DNA of 64,000 nucleotides from Rhizobium sp. Q54 (GTDB lineage Bacteria; Pseudomonadota; Alphaproteobacteria; Rickettsiales; UBA1997): NCBI GenBank assembly GCA_945871805.1, contig CAMBXE010000001.1, positions 14,985 to 78,984 of the forward strand, read 5' to 3'. Shown piece by piece: positions 27,378 to 37,075 of this stretch (position 1 is its first letter; each line of letters starts with the position of its first letter). The notes under the pieces were generated by a model. It saw only the letters and a program-made list of their open reading frames with translations, ran no database searches and was not told where the DNA came from. The position numbers and the translations under genes were made by a program.

Positions 27378-27536
27378 ATGGGGCCAATTTCAACCTTGGC
27401 GCCAATGCGTGAAGTCGGAACGGTATTTGGCGGCTTTGATCGGAGTTTATTTTTGAAAGAACCTAACGGAAAAAATCGTATCATCTCATCGATTGTGATC
27501 GCCACCGGCTTGATCTTGGCGACTCTGCAACACTAA
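27378..27536 (+). CDS. possible small membrane protein (52 aa)
   Basis: Hand-translated ATG ORF: MGPISTLAPMREVGTVFGGFDRSLFLKEPNGKNRIISSIVIATGLILATLQH. C-terminal hydrophobic helix. No other support. Confidence 0.25.
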   Translation: MGPISTLAPMREVGTVFGGFDRSLFLKEPNGKNRIISSIVIATGLILATLQH

Positions 27537-27650
27537 GCGGCATTTGACGGGATAGTACTAATAGCAAGCCAGACTACAGTTAAGATAGGCCTTATGATTT
27601 GGGTCCGCTGCCTTATTGAATACTACCCCTTCAAATACCGCTTAGGTTTA

Positions 27651-29084
27651 CTAAGAGTGAATTTGTCTTTTTTCTACCGCCATCGCAGCTTCTTTAACCG
27701 CTTCGTTGTAAGTCGGATGAGCGTGACAAGTTCTAGCCAGGTCTTCCGCAGATCCGCCAAATTCCATCGCCACAACAACTTCGTGAATCGTATTTCCAGC
27801 CTCGCGACCGATAATGTGCGCACCTAAAATGCGATCAGTTTTTGCGTCAGCGAGAATTTTTACGAAGCCTTGATCGTCACCAGTAGCGCGGGCGCGTGAA
27901 TTTGCCATCATCGAAAATTTTCCGACTTTGTAAGCGACGTTCGCTGCTTTTAACTCTTCTTCAGTTTTACCAACCGAGGCAATTTCTGGGTAAGTGTAAA
28001 TTACATTTGGAATTACGTCGTAATTTACGTGACCTTTTTGTCCGGCAATAATTTCTGCTGCAGCAACTCCTTCATCTTCAGCTTTGTGAGCTAGCATTGG
28101 GCCGGTAGTGACGTCGCCGATGGCAAAAATATTTTCGATGGAAGTGCGTAAGTGATTATTTTCAATGAAGCCGCGTGCGTTGGTTTTAATGCCAACATTC
28201 TCTAACCCGAGATTTTCTGTATTAGGACGACGGCCGATCGCAACCAGAACTACATCGGCTGAGAGAGTTTCTTTTTTGCCATCAGCAACTGATTCGATTT
28301 CAACTATTGCGCCAGATTTATCTTTTTTCACCGATACAACTTTTGTTGAAAGGCGGAATTTAAAACCTTGTTTTTCGAGAATTCTTTGGAAGTTGCGTGA
28401 TACTTCCGCATCCATTGCTGGCGTGATTTTGTCGAGATATTCAATCACTTCAACTTCAGCGCCAAAGCGACTCCAAACTGAACCAAGTTCAAGCCCGATT
28501 ACACCGGCGCCAATCACGATCATTTTGCCGGGAACTTTTTCCAAATCCAAAGCGCCCGTTGAAGAGACGATTACTTTTTCATCGATTTCAACGCCGGGAA
28601 GATTAGTCACTTCCGAACCGGTCGCGATGATGAAATTTTTTGCCGAAATTTGTTCTTTAACTATTTTTCCTTGGTCATCAGCTCTAGTGACTTCGATTGT
28701 GTTTTTATCCAAGAATTTTGCCGCACCTTCAATTGAGGTGATCTTGTTTTTTTTGAAGAGTCCTGCGATCCCGCCAGTCAAGCCGGAAACGATTTCATTT
28801 TTATTGGCGAGTAATTTTGTTACGTCGATTTTTGGCGAAGAAATTCCAATGCCTAATTTTTCAAATTGATGACCGGCATCGTGAAATTTATGAGAAACCT
28901 CAAGAAGAGCTTTTGAAGGAATACATCCAACATTTAAGCAAGTTCCGCCCAGTGTTTTTCTTTTTTCCACACAGGCAGTTTTTAATCCTAATTGAGCTGC
29001 GCGAATTGCCGCAACATATCCGCCTGGTCCGGCGCCAATAACTACTAAGTCAAATTCCCTTTGGACAAAATTTTGTTCGCTCAT
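27651..29084 (-). CDS. lpdA: dihydrolipoyl dehydrogenase (E3)
   Basis: [12 protein letters not shown], redox-active [14 protein letters not shown]-terminal HAHPT. Confidence 0.95.
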   Translation of the reverse strand: MSEQNFVQREFDLVVIGAGPGGYVAAIRAAQLGLKTACVEKRKTLGGTCLNVGCIPSKALLEVSHKFHDAGHQFEKLGIGISSPKIDVTKLLANKNEIVSGLTGGIAGLFKKNKITSIEGAAKFLDKNTIEVTRADDQGKIVKEQISAKNFIIATGSEVTNLPGVEIDEKVIVSSTGALDLEKVPGKMIVIGAGVIGLELGSVWSRFGAEVEVIEYLDKITPAMDAEVSRNFQRILEKQGFKFRLSTKVVSVKKDKSGAIVEIESVADGKKETLSADVVLVAIGRRPNTENLGLENVGIKTNARGFIENNHLRTSIENIFAIGDVTTGPMLAHKAEDEGVAAAEIIAGQKGHVNYDVIPNVIYTYPEIASVGKTEEELKAANVAYKVGKFSMMANSRARATGDDQGFVKILADAKTDRILGAHIIGREAGNTIHEVVVAMEFGGSAEDLARTCHAHPTYNEAVKEAAMAVEKRQIHS

Positions 29085-29102
29085 ATTTCTGTTTTTACGT
29101 TC

Positions 29103-29140
29103 AATAAAAAACCGGCCATTTCTTGATGAAATGGCCGGTT
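29103..29140 (-). terminator. Rho-independent terminator after rpmB
   Basis: Perfect 13-bp stem aaccggccatttc / gaaatggccggtt, followed on the minus strand by TTTTTTATT. Confidence 0.8.
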
Positions 29141-29160
29141 AAGAATTTTCAAAACTCAGA

Positions 29161-29502
29161 CTATTTCTTTTTCTGAATTTTTTTCTCTTTGACGATTTTT
29201 ACTTCATCCAATTTTCCGGATTTGATCAGCTTTTTCTTGATCTTAAGGCGAAGATTTCTGGCTTCTTCGCTTAGTTTCCCATGACGGTAATTTATTAGAA
29301 AATTATCTATGCTACCGAACTTGTTAATTGTTCGAAGGGTTGATGCAGCAACCTTAATCTTAAGATCGACACCAAGTGCCTCGCTCTTAAAAGAAAGAGA
29401 ATGAAGGTTTGGTAGAAACTTTCTTTTTGTTTTGCGGTTGGAGTGTGACACTTTATTGCCACTCATTACCCCAACAGCGAGTAAATCACATTTTCTGGAC
29501 AT
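29161..29502 (-). CDS. rpmB: 50S ribosomal protein L28 (with Lys-rich C-terminal extension)
   Basis: MSRKCDLLAVGVMSGNKVSHSNRKTKRKFLPNL. Confidence 0.92.
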   Translation of the reverse strand: MSRKCDLLAVGVMSGNKVSHSNRKTKRKFLPNLHSLSFKSEALGVDLKIKVAASTLRTINKFGSIDNFLINYRHGKLSEEARNLRLKIKKKLIKSGKLDEVKIVKEKKIQKKK

Positions 29503-29538
29503 TTGTTTAAATAACTAAGGTTGCGCTTAATCTTTCGA

Positions 29539-29922
29539 TTAGTAGCCGGTAGCGGTACAGGTCATAGTGGAAGTTCCGGTGATTGCTGATACAATCGTGT
29601 TAGCGCCGAACATTGCAGCGATACCAGCTGCAACGCCAATCATCAAACCCCAAGAGACTTTACCAGTGAAGAAGCCGATACCCACAGAAAGAATCGCGAA
29701 AGCCGCGAAAGCTTTGCCGCCGTTACCGGTGACAATGCGAAGAACGTTACACATTACGTCGACTAGAACGTTGGTGTTAACTGTAGAACTGCTGGCATAG
29801 TTACCGGCGTTACCTTGGGCGAATGCCGCAGAAGACATCGCCGGAATAAGCGCCGGAGCTACTGCAAGTAAGAAAAAAGAAAAAAGAGTAACTCTTGCAA
29901 CAAGAGAGGAGATTTTTTTCAT
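29539..29922 (-). CDS. TrbC/VirB2-family type IV secretion pilin-like protein
   Basis: Long signal peptide ending AAFA|QG, then two hydrophobic helices (AFAAFAILSVGIGFFTGKVSWGLMIGVAAGIAAMFGAN). This matches VirB2 architecture. Confidence 0.75.
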   Translation of the reverse strand: MKKISSLVARVTLFSFFLLAVAPALIPAMSSAAFAQGNAGNYASSSTVNTNVLVDVMCNVLRIVTGNGGKAFAAFAILSVGIGFFTGKVSWGLMIGVAAGIAAMFGANTIVSAITGTSTMTCTATGY

Positions 29923-30083
29923 ATTTGAAAATGATTTATTAACTCGAAGGAAGCTTTAATGAAAGCGGCGGGCAACTTACTTGGGGTTTTGCTTAAATTG
30001 CAACAGGGTTTTTTATGAAAATATTTGTTAAGCAAATTTCATCGCGGTTAAACTCGTCTCAATCAAAATTTAATTGAATAATA

Positions 30084-30986
30084 ATGAATAAAAACGCGCC
30101 TTCTAAGGCTTTTTCTTTTTTAGAGATCTCTATTGTGATTGTGATTGTGGGCCTTCTGATTTCGGCTATTTTAATTGGAAGCGAAATAACAGCTGATGCC
30201 AAATTAGCGCATGCCAGATCTTTAACTCAGAATTCTCCTGTTGTGAGTATTTCTGGTTTGGCGCTGTGGATAGATACTACATCAGAAAAAAGTTTCTCTA
30301 AATCAGAATCTAAAGAAGGGGCGACTATTAGCAGGTGGAACGACATCAATCCAGAATCTTCCGTGGCGAATTATTTTGGGAATACCTCGGTCACTGCATC
30401 GGATCATCCCACTTACAAGGAGAGTTGTATAAATGGATTGCCTTGCTTGTATTTTAATGGAACGGCGGGAAGCAAGCTGACATCCCCTAGGTCGCTCGGT
30501 ATAAGAACGAAATACATCTCGGCATTTCTAGTTTTTACTGGCCCAGGAAATGCCAGCTCAATTTATTCGTCGCAACTTTTTAAGAGCTCTACAACCGCAG
30601 CCTGGAATACCTCAAGTGGTATTTTTCAATTTGTGACCAGCACGCCAGACAAATATTTTTTCTATGATATGCCAGGCGGTTACGGCGTGCAAAATAATCG
30701 AACTAGTCTTGCGATTCTTAATTCTGGGCAGAAATACATCTACAGCGTTGTTGATAGCTACGCTAGCTCTACGCTGCATTATGTTAATGGCGGTGCGGCC
30801 GTTACATCTGGAGTTGGAAATAGCGGAGCAATCACGAAATCTTTGGAAGTGGTTGGAATAGGCAATGCTAGCTTTCAGGGCAATCTTGGCGAAATCATTA
30901 TCTTTACTAAGGCGCTAACTGTCGCCGAGAGAAAATCTATCGAACAATATCTGGGTAAAAAATGGGGAATCGCGATTAGCTCTTAG
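30084..30986 (+). CDS. prepilin-type N-terminal domain protein fused to a LamG/concanavalin-like domain
   Basis: KA|FSFLEISIVIVIVGLLISAIL (Phe+1, Glu+5). C-terminus LGEIIIFTKALTVAERKSIEQYLGKKWGI is typical of LamG-domain proteins. Confidence 0.7.
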   Translation: MNKNAPSKAFSFLEISIVIVIVGLLISAILIGSEITADAKLAHARSLTQNSPVVSISGLALWIDTTSEKSFSKSESKEGATISRWNDINPESSVANYFGNTSVTASDHPTYKESCINGLPCLYFNGTAGSKLTSPRSLGIRTKYISAFLVFTGPGNASSIYSSQLFKSSTTAAWNTSSGIFQFVTSTPDKYFFYDMPGGYGVQNNRTSLAILNSGQKYIYSVVDSYASSTLHYVNGGAAVTSGVGNSGAITKSLEVVGIGNASFQGNLGEIIIFTKALTVAERKSIEQYLGKKWGIAISS

Positions 30987-31858
30987 CGTAGAATTTTAAT
31001 TTCCCATTCTAGATCGATTCCTGATTTTTCTTTTACTAATCTTTTTACTTCGGTGCCCAGATCAATCAGGTCTTGGGCTCGTGCCTTACCGCGATTAATC
31101 ATGAAGTTGCAATGCTTCTCAGAAATTTGAGCGTCACCGATGATTTTTCCACGACATCCTGCTTCGTCAATTAATTTCCAAGCGCTCTTTTCTTGTGGAT
31201 TTTTGAAGGTGCTGCCGCCGGTTTTGGCCCGAATTGGTTGAGCTAATTCACGTTGTTGATTTAGTTCGGAGACTTTTTTTGTAACCTCTTCGAAGGTTGA
31301 TTTTACTGCCCTGAATAGACCTTCAACAAAAATAAAATTTTTGGAAATTTTACTACCACGATAAAAAAATCCGAAATCAGAATTTTTTAATTCATACAAA
31401 TTTCCTTGGTGATCTAAAGCGGTCGCGCTGATTAAATTTTCTGCGATATCAGATCCGTAGCATCCTGCGTTCATTGCGATTGCGCCGCCGATTGATCCGG
31501 GAACTCCACTGAAAAATTCAAGTCCAGAAAGTGCAGAATTTTTACAAGAAAGTGCAACATTGCCGCAAAGCGCCGCCGCACCAGCTCTGACGAAATCGCC
31601 CTCGATAGAAATTTTTGCGAACTCGCCGGGAAGTCTGATTACGACTCCTTTAACGCCTTCGTCAGAAATAATTACATTCGATCCGGCGCCAAGAATTTGT
31701 ACGGGAATTTCTGTTGAACAATTTTTTAGAAAATCTTGCAGATCATCTAAATCAAAGGGACGAAACATGATCTCGGCGCGACCACCAACATCAAACCAAC
31801 TTTTTAATTCTGCATTTTCGCGATAGGTTCCGCGAACTTTTGGCAAGCTGTTAAGCAT
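30983..31858 (-). CDS. murB: UDP-N-acetylenolpyruvoylglucosamine reductase
   Basis: FDVGGRAEIMFRP, ILGAGSNVIISD, GGSTFKNP. Confidence 0.93.
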   Translation of the reverse strand: MLNSLPKVRGTYRENAELKSWFDVGGRAEIMFRPFDLDDLQDFLKNCSTEIPVQILGAGSNVIISDEGVKGVVIRLPGEFAKISIEGDFVRAGAAALCGNVALSCKNSALSGLEFFSGVPGSIGGAIAMNAGCYGSDIAENLISATALDHQGNLYELKNSDFGFFYRGSKISKNFIFVEGLFRAVKSTFEEVTKKVSELNQQRELAQPIRAKTGGSTFKNPQEKSAWKLIDEAGCRGKIIGDAQISEKHCNFMINRGKARAQDLIDLGTEVKRLVKEKSGIDLEWEIKILR

Positions 31859-32534
31859 GGTGAGTAAGATTAAAAATAACGGGTACGCGACCTTCTATTT
31901 CAGCCTTTTTTTGATATTTTGTTTTGACCCAATCATCAGGAAAAATCTGCCAATCTTTTTTTGATTGAGCTTCCCAAGAAAATTTTTGGCTGCGTAAAAA
32001 TTCAGCTAAAATCCAGGTTTTGTAAGAGTCGTGATCCGTTGCAATTGCTAGCTTTCCACCGGATTTAATTTTTGGTGAAAGAATTTTGTCAAAAAATTCC
32101 GTGGTTAATAAGCGACGTTTAAAATGTTTAGCTTTTGGCCAAGGATCTGGAAATAAAATGTAAATTTCATCGAAAAATTTTTCTGGAAATTTTGTTAAAA
32201 GCAGGCGCGAATCTTCGAGAGAAATTCTGATATTTGTTAATGGTTCTTGTTCAAGTTTGGCTAATAAATTTACCACTCCGTTTAAATGTGGCTCGCAACC
32301 AAAAAATTTTTTCTCAGGATTTTTTTTAGCTTTTTCAAAAATAAAATCACCGAAGCCGAAGCCTATTTCTAGAGAGGTTGTTTGCTGATTATTAGCCGCT
32401 GGAAAAACTATTGAGTAATCTTTTAGGGGATTTTCCAGTAAGGATTTTTTGTGATCAGAGAGCTTGCGACTCTTAATTCTGCCGAAGCTACGGATTAATC
32501 TTTGCGACTCTTCTCTCATGTCTTCCGCCTTCAA
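31851..32534 (-). CDS. trmB: tRNA (guanine46-N7)-methyltransferase
   Basis: LEIGFGFGDF, ILFPDPWPKAKHFKRR. The start may be the internal ATG at 32519. Confidence 0.9.
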   Translation of the reverse strand: MKAEDMREESQRLIRSFGRIKSRKLSDHKKSLLENPLKDYSIVFPAANNQQTTSLEIGFGFGDFIFEKAKKNPEKKFFGCEPHLNGVVNLLAKLEQEPLTNIRISLEDSRLLLTKFPEKFFDEIYILFPDPWPKAKHFKRRLLTTEFFDKILSPKIKSGGKLAIATDHDSYKTWILAEFLRSQKFSWEAQSKKDWQIFPDDWVKTKYQKKAEIEGRVPVIFNLTHHA

Positions 32535-32925
32535 ATTGACTGCTCAAGAAGGCTTTAGTAATTGCCAAGGCAGATTTTTCTTTAATTGCTCTGGCGCCCA
32601 AGCAGAGCACATTAGCATCGTTATGAAGGCGCGCTAGTTTTGCGACTTTTACATTGTGACAAAGTGCGGCGCGAACATTTTTATGGCGATTCGCTGCGAT
32701 CGAAATTCCGATGCCGCTACCGCAGATTAAAATACCAAATTCATTTTTTAATTTTATGCCGAGCTTGTGAGCAAAATCAGGGTAATCGACAGACTTTTCA
32801 GCAGAATTGCAGCCAAGATCAATCAGCTTAAAGCCCAGTTTAGCAAGTTCTGCACTAAGAAATTTTTTTAGAGAAAATCCAGCGTGATCTGAGGCGATTA
32901 AAATCTTTTGTGCCGGAAGAGACAT
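32488..32925 (-). CDS. rpiB: ribose-5-phosphate isomerase B
   Basis: KILIASDHAGF, LICGSGIGISIAANR. ATG at 32925 preferred. Confidence 0.92.
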   Translation of the reverse strand: MSLPAQKILIASDHAGFSLKKFLSAELAKLGFKLIDLGCNSAEKSVDYPDFAHKLGIKLKNEFGILICGSGIGISIAANRHKNVRAALCHNVKVAKLARLHNDANVLCLGARAIKEKSALAITKAFLSSQFEGGRHERRVAKINP

Positions 32926-32981
32926 AGAGCTGCAAAATAAAATCACCCTTCGACAAGCTTCGGGTGACTGAATAAATTAAT

Positions 32982-33446
32982 CTAACGTTTACGGTAAGTT
33001 TGAGCTTTACGAGCTTTCTTGAGTCCGTATTTTTTGCGCTCAACAACTCTAGAATCGCGAGTTAGAAATCCACCAGCGCGAAGTACTTTATGATTATTAG
33101 AATCGAAGTTGACCAAGGCTTTGCTGATTGCGTTCGACAAGGCTCCAGCTTGACCACTCAGGCCTCCGCCAGAAATTGTTGCCATGACATCAAATTTATC
33201 GGTGCTTTTTGTAGCAACGAATGGTTCTTTGATGACATTAATTAGGATCTCTCTACCGAAGTAAGGCTTCGCTTCGCGCTTATTAACTTTGATTTTTCCG
33301 GTACCTTTTTTGATCCAGACGCGAGCAGTAGCATTTTTTCTTCCGCCGCTTGCGTAGGCGCGACCGAGCGAATCAACTTTTGATTCTGACTTTAATACTG
33401 CTTCTGCAGCTTGAGCTTCAATGATCTTCTCTTTGAGTACTGTCAT
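32982..33446 (-). CDS. rpsI: 30S ribosomal protein S9
   Basis: GGGLSGQAGA and C-terminal GLKKARKAQTYRKR. Confidence 0.96.
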   Translation of the reverse strand: MTVLKEKIIEAQAAEAVLKSESKVDSLGRAYASGGRKNATARVWIKKGTGKIKVNKREAKPYFGREILINVIKEPFVATKSTDKFDVMATISGGGLSGQAGALSNAISKALVNFDSNNHKVLRAGGFLTRDSRVVERKKYGLKKARKAQTYRKR

Positions 33447-33451
33447 GTAAA

Positions 33452-33916
33452 TTAACCTCTTTTGTTTTTGCTGTTCATCGCGGCGATATCCAAGATTTGT
33501 GGAGTTTGTCCTTGATGCTTGTGCTCAGGGCCTTTGTAGATGTGAAGCTTAAGCATAACATCGCGTTGTAACGGTCCGCGTGAAATCATTCGTTCTACCG
33601 CATACTGCATAATTCTTTCTGGAAATTTTCCTTCGAGGATTTGGCGAGCGGTTCTGTCTTTAATTCCACCTGGGTAACCAGTGTGCCAGTAGTAAAGCTT
33701 CTCGGCATATTTTTTGCCGGTAAGTTTTATCTTATCTGCATTGATGATTACGACATGATCGCCGCAATCAAGATGTGGAGTGAAAGTCGCTTTATGTTTG
33801 CCGCGCAAAATATTGGCGATGATAGAAGCGGCGCGCCCAACAACGAGTCCTTCGGCATCAACTAGCCACCATTTTCTTTCGATTTCGCTCGGCTTTGCCG
33901 TGTAAGTTTTAAGCAT
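33452..33916 (-). CDS. rplM: 50S ribosomal protein L13
   Basis: [26 protein letters not shown]. Confidence 0.96.
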   Translation of the reverse strand: MLKTYTAKPSEIERKWWLVDAEGLVVGRAASIIANILRGKHKATFTPHLDCGDHVVIINADKIKLTGKKYAEKLYYWHTGYPGGIKDRTARQILEGKFPERIMQYAVERMISRGPLQRDVMLKLHIYKGPEHKHQGQTPQILDIAAMNSKNKRG

Positions 33917-34023
33917 TTTTAGGAATTTTAATAAGATCTGAAACCAGCCCGGGATAAGAAGGGCGGCGCATTAAAGTTATCGACCAAAAAAAGTCAAATA
34001 AAGTTTTGTCAAAAGAAATTTCT

Positions 34024-34100
34024 TGGTGAGCCCGAGGCGATTCGAACGCCTGACCTACAGCTTAGAAGGCTGTTGCTCTATCCAGCTGAGCTACGGGCTC
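34024..34100 (-). tRNA. tRNA-Arg (anticodon TCT)
   Basis: Reverse complement is GAGCCCGTAGCTCAGCTGGATAGAGCAACAGCCTTCTAAGCTGTAGGTCAGGCGTTCGAATCGCCTCGGGCTCACCA. Confidence 0.93.
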
Positions 34101-34171
34101 GTAAGAAATTTTAAAAACGTTTTGCCGCTTTTCTCGCTTGCGCTCGAAGACGACTCACGTCTTAAGAGATT

Positions 34172-36133
34172 TTAAATTTTCATTGGGAGGATAACCATAT
34201 TTTGCCCCTTCGTGTGAAGACGGCGCTGCATGATGTAAGGAATATGGTTAAAAAGAATTTGGGTAAAAATGTTTTCGTTGTCAAAGATGAATTTCGTTCC
34301 GAAGAATAAAACATTGGGATAATCTTTGGATACGCGATTAGTGAGTCTAGTTAATTTTTCTACGACGTCAGTATCGTAGCCAATGTAGGCCTTGGCAAAA
34401 CGACCATTGGCGTTACAGTAATTTTTATATTTATTTAAAATCGATTTAGTTTTTCTGCGCATGTCTCGCCATCTTTTTTCTTCACGCATCGTGTTTGAAT
34501 CAACTTCGCCAACCGTTACAAAAATAAAATTTTTAAAAATTCCGGGAAAAAGTTTTTTAATTGCGAGCAGACAATTCATGCCGCTGCCAAAAGTTTGATC
34601 AACAATAATTGCTGCCGTGGGCGCAGATTTATCAACGACGGAAAGATTTGGATCAGATGGCAAAAATTCGTAATTATAAAATTCCGCCTCCTTCTGCATC
34701 AGGTTTATTTTGAAGCGGCGATACATTCTTCGAATCAGCAATCCCAAGCCAACGAAGATTGAGGTGATTAATAAAGTTATCCATCCGCCTTCGTGAAATT
34801 TTTCGAAAATAGTGATGAGTAAGATGCTGCTGCAAACGATGAATCCGATCACTGAAATCGTTAATTTACTTAACCACTTTTCTTGACGGTGACGATGGCG
34901 GAACCAATAAATACTTAGTCCGAGAAGCGACATCGAGAAGGTGATGAACACGTTAATTGAATAAAGAACCACCAAGACGTGCACTGATCCACCAGTGATT
35001 ATTAAGGTTACTAAAGCTGCAACAGCCATGAATAGGATGCCGTTTTTAACTACTAAGCGACTCGAAAGAGAGCTGAATGATTTTGGCATCCATTCGTCGG
35101 AGGCCATAATGGCGATCACGTTTGGGCCGGCTAAAAATCCAGCATTGGCGGCGACAACCAATAACCCCGCTTCAAACATCAAAACAATTGGAACGATGAA
35201 ATCACTAAGGGCGATGCCGTTGTAATTCCATGTTTGGGTAATCAAATAAAAGACGGTGGCATTAAGAGTCTGTCCTTCAACCTTGGTAACGCCCCAAAGT
35301 AAGTAGAGTAGAATGATGCCGGCGGCAGTGAAGGCGAGCGACACTGCGACTAAAAACATTGTTAGTTTTGCGGTGCGAACGCGGGGCTCGGCAAGTGTAT
35401 TCACGTTATTAGAAACCGCTTCCAAACCAGTAAAGGTACCGCCTCCCATCGAAAGCGCTTTTAAAAAAACGGAAAATACAAAAATCCATCCCAAGGAATC
35501 TTTCATCTTTACGGTTTCTGTGGCGGCTTGGGGCACTAAGGCTGATAACCCGTAGTGATGAGTTACTATTCCGTAAATGATGAGGAAAATATGAGTGATA
35601 ATGAAGCCAAGAAATACCGGCATCAAAAATTTTATCGACTCCTTCATGCCGCGCAAATTAAGAATGGAGAGAAAGACAACTAAGCACAGCGCCATGATTA
35701 ATTTGGCTTGCTGCCAATCTGCCGGCAAGAAACTGAAGATCGCATCAACGCCACTGGCGATTGAGATGGCGATGGTGAGGACGTAATCTATGATCAGCGC
35801 CATGCCCGATATGAGTCCCGCATGACGTCCGAGTAAGCGGGTAGCTACGCGATAACCGCCTCCGCCATTTGGAAAAAGTTCGATTACCTGAGTGTAAGCG
35901 TAAGAAATGATGAAGACGGTAAAGGCGGTGGCAATCGCTAAATAAATCGCTAATTCTTCGTGAGTGCCAAGCGCAAGAAATGCCTCTTCGGGACCGTAAC
36001 AAGAAGAAGAAATGCCGTCAGCGCCAAGCCCAACCCAGGCCAAGAAAGCAACGAGGGAAATATGTCTACGGGTATCCTTGTTGAATGGATCAAGAGGGTT
36101 TCCGAATAAAAAATTTCTGATTTTAAAAAACAT
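34172..36133 (-). CDS. APC-superfamily permease with a C-terminal cytoplasmic domain of about 180 aa
   Basis: 653 aa, about 12 hydrophobic segments, N-terminal GADGISSSCYGPEEAF. Substrate unknown. Confidence 0.75.
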   Translation of the reverse strand: MFFKIRNFLFGNPLDPFNKDTRRHISLVAFLAWVGLGADGISSSCYGPEEAFLALGTHEELAIYLAIATAFTVFIISYAYTQVIELFPNGGGGYRVATRLLGRHAGLISGMALIIDYVLTIAISIASGVDAIFSFLPADWQQAKLIMALCLVVFLSILNLRGMKESIKFLMPVFLGFIITHIFLIIYGIVTHHYGLSALVPQAATETVKMKDSLGWIFVFSVFLKALSMGGGTFTGLEAVSNNVNTLAEPRVRTAKLTMFLVAVSLAFTAAGIILLYLLWGVTKVEGQTLNATVFYLITQTWNYNGIALSDFIVPIVLMFEAGLLVVAANAGFLAGPNVIAIMASDEWMPKSFSSLSSRLVVKNGILFMAVAALVTLIITGGSVHVLVVLYSINVFITFSMSLLGLSIYWFRHRHRQEKWLSKLTISVIGFIVCSSILLITIFEKFHEGGWITLLITSIFVGLGLLIRRMYRRFKINLMQKEAEFYNYEFLPSDPNLSVVDKSAPTAAIIVDQTFGSGMNCLLAIKKLFPGIFKNFIFVTVGEVDSNTMREEKRWRDMRRKTKSILNKYKNYCNANGRFAKAYIGYDTDVVEKLTRLTNRVSKDYPNVLFFGTKFIFDNENIFTQILFNHIPYIMQRRLHTKGQNMVILPMKI

Positions 36134-36755
36134 TCCGGACCTTTGTCATTAATTCTTGGATGAGTTCTGGTGATTTTTGACCGCGAGATTTTTCGATTCC
36201 AGAAGATATGTCGACCATCTTTGCTCCCGTGATTTTTAAGGCTTCATCGAGGTTATCAGAATTTAATCCTCCCGATAAAAACCAATCTCGCCCATTGGCT
36301 TTTTTGCTGGAAAAATTTTTTAATATTTCCCACTTGAAACTTTTTCCGCTTCCAGGTTTTGCGCCGTCAAAAAGAAAAAAATCCGCAACATCTTCAAAAT
36401 TTTTAAGATGCTCTAGGTCTTGAGCCTCGTTGAGTTTGAAGGCTTTAATAATTTTTATTTGAGGAAATTTTTTTCGAACTTCGCGCAAAAAATTTACATT
36501 TTCACTGCCGTGAAATTGAAAAAAATCGGGAGAAAATTTTTGAGAAATCTTGGCAAGAAATTCAAAATCTGGATCAACTACAACTGCAACTTTAGCGATT
36601 GTTGCAGGGATCTTAGCGGCCAGAATTGACGCGGATTCAAGCGTGATGTAGCGCGGAGATTTTTCGTAAAAAACAAAACCAATAAAATCGCATTTTGCTT
36701 CAATTGCTACGCGCAGAGATTCTTTCTCTGTAAAGCCGCATAGTTTTATTTTCAT
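36123..36755 (-). CDS. trpF: phosphoribosylanthranilate isomerase
   Basis: MKIKLCGFT, DFIGFVFYEKSPRY, LSGGLNSDN. Confidence 0.9.
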   Translation of the reverse strand: MKIKLCGFTEKESLRVAIEAKCDFIGFVFYEKSPRYITLESASILAAKIPATIAKVAVVVDPDFEFLAKISQKFSPDFFQFHGSENVNFLREVRKKFPQIKIIKAFKLNEAQDLEHLKNFEDVADFFLFDGAKPGSGKSFKWEILKNFSSKKANGRDWFLSGGLNSDNLDEALKITGAKMVDISSGIEKSRGQKSPELIQELMTKVRNVF

Positions 36756-36758
36756 AAA

Positions 36759-37073
36759 TTAGAGCTTGAATCCAGGAGGAAGTTGTAAGCCGCTAGTTGC
36801 GGCGCGCATCGTGTCGCTAGAGCCGTCATCGGCTTTTTTCTTCGCATCATTGAAAGCTGCAATTAGTAAATCTTCGAGAATCTCTTTTTCATCTAGGTTG
36901 ATTAGCGAAGGATCGATGAGAATTTTCTTCGCCAAACCAGCGCCGGTGATCGAGATCTTAACCATGCCGCCAGCAGAAGCTCCCTCGAACTCTTGAGTGG
37001 CCATCTCTTCCTGAACTTTTTGCATTTTTTTTTGCACATCTTGCGCTTGGCGCATGAGCATTTTTATATCCAT
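36759..37073 (-). CDS. ybaB: nucleoid-associated protein YbaB/EbfC
   Basis: MLMRQAQDVQKKMQKVQEE...GGMVKISITG. 104 aa. Confidence 0.9.
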   Translation of the reverse strand: MDIKMLMRQAQDVQKKMQKVQEEMATQEFEGASAGGMVKISITGAGLAKKILIDPSLINLDEKEILEDLLIAAFNDAKKKADDGSSDTMRAATSGLQLPPGFKL

Positions 37074-37075
37074 AT

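Noticed and set aside
28165-28869. 234-aa ORF on the plus strand inside lpdA
   Set aside because: It is fully antisense to a complete, strongly motif-supported lpdA. The product is Ser/Pro/Thr-rich and low-complexity, typical of a shadow ORF, and has no independent start or RBS context.
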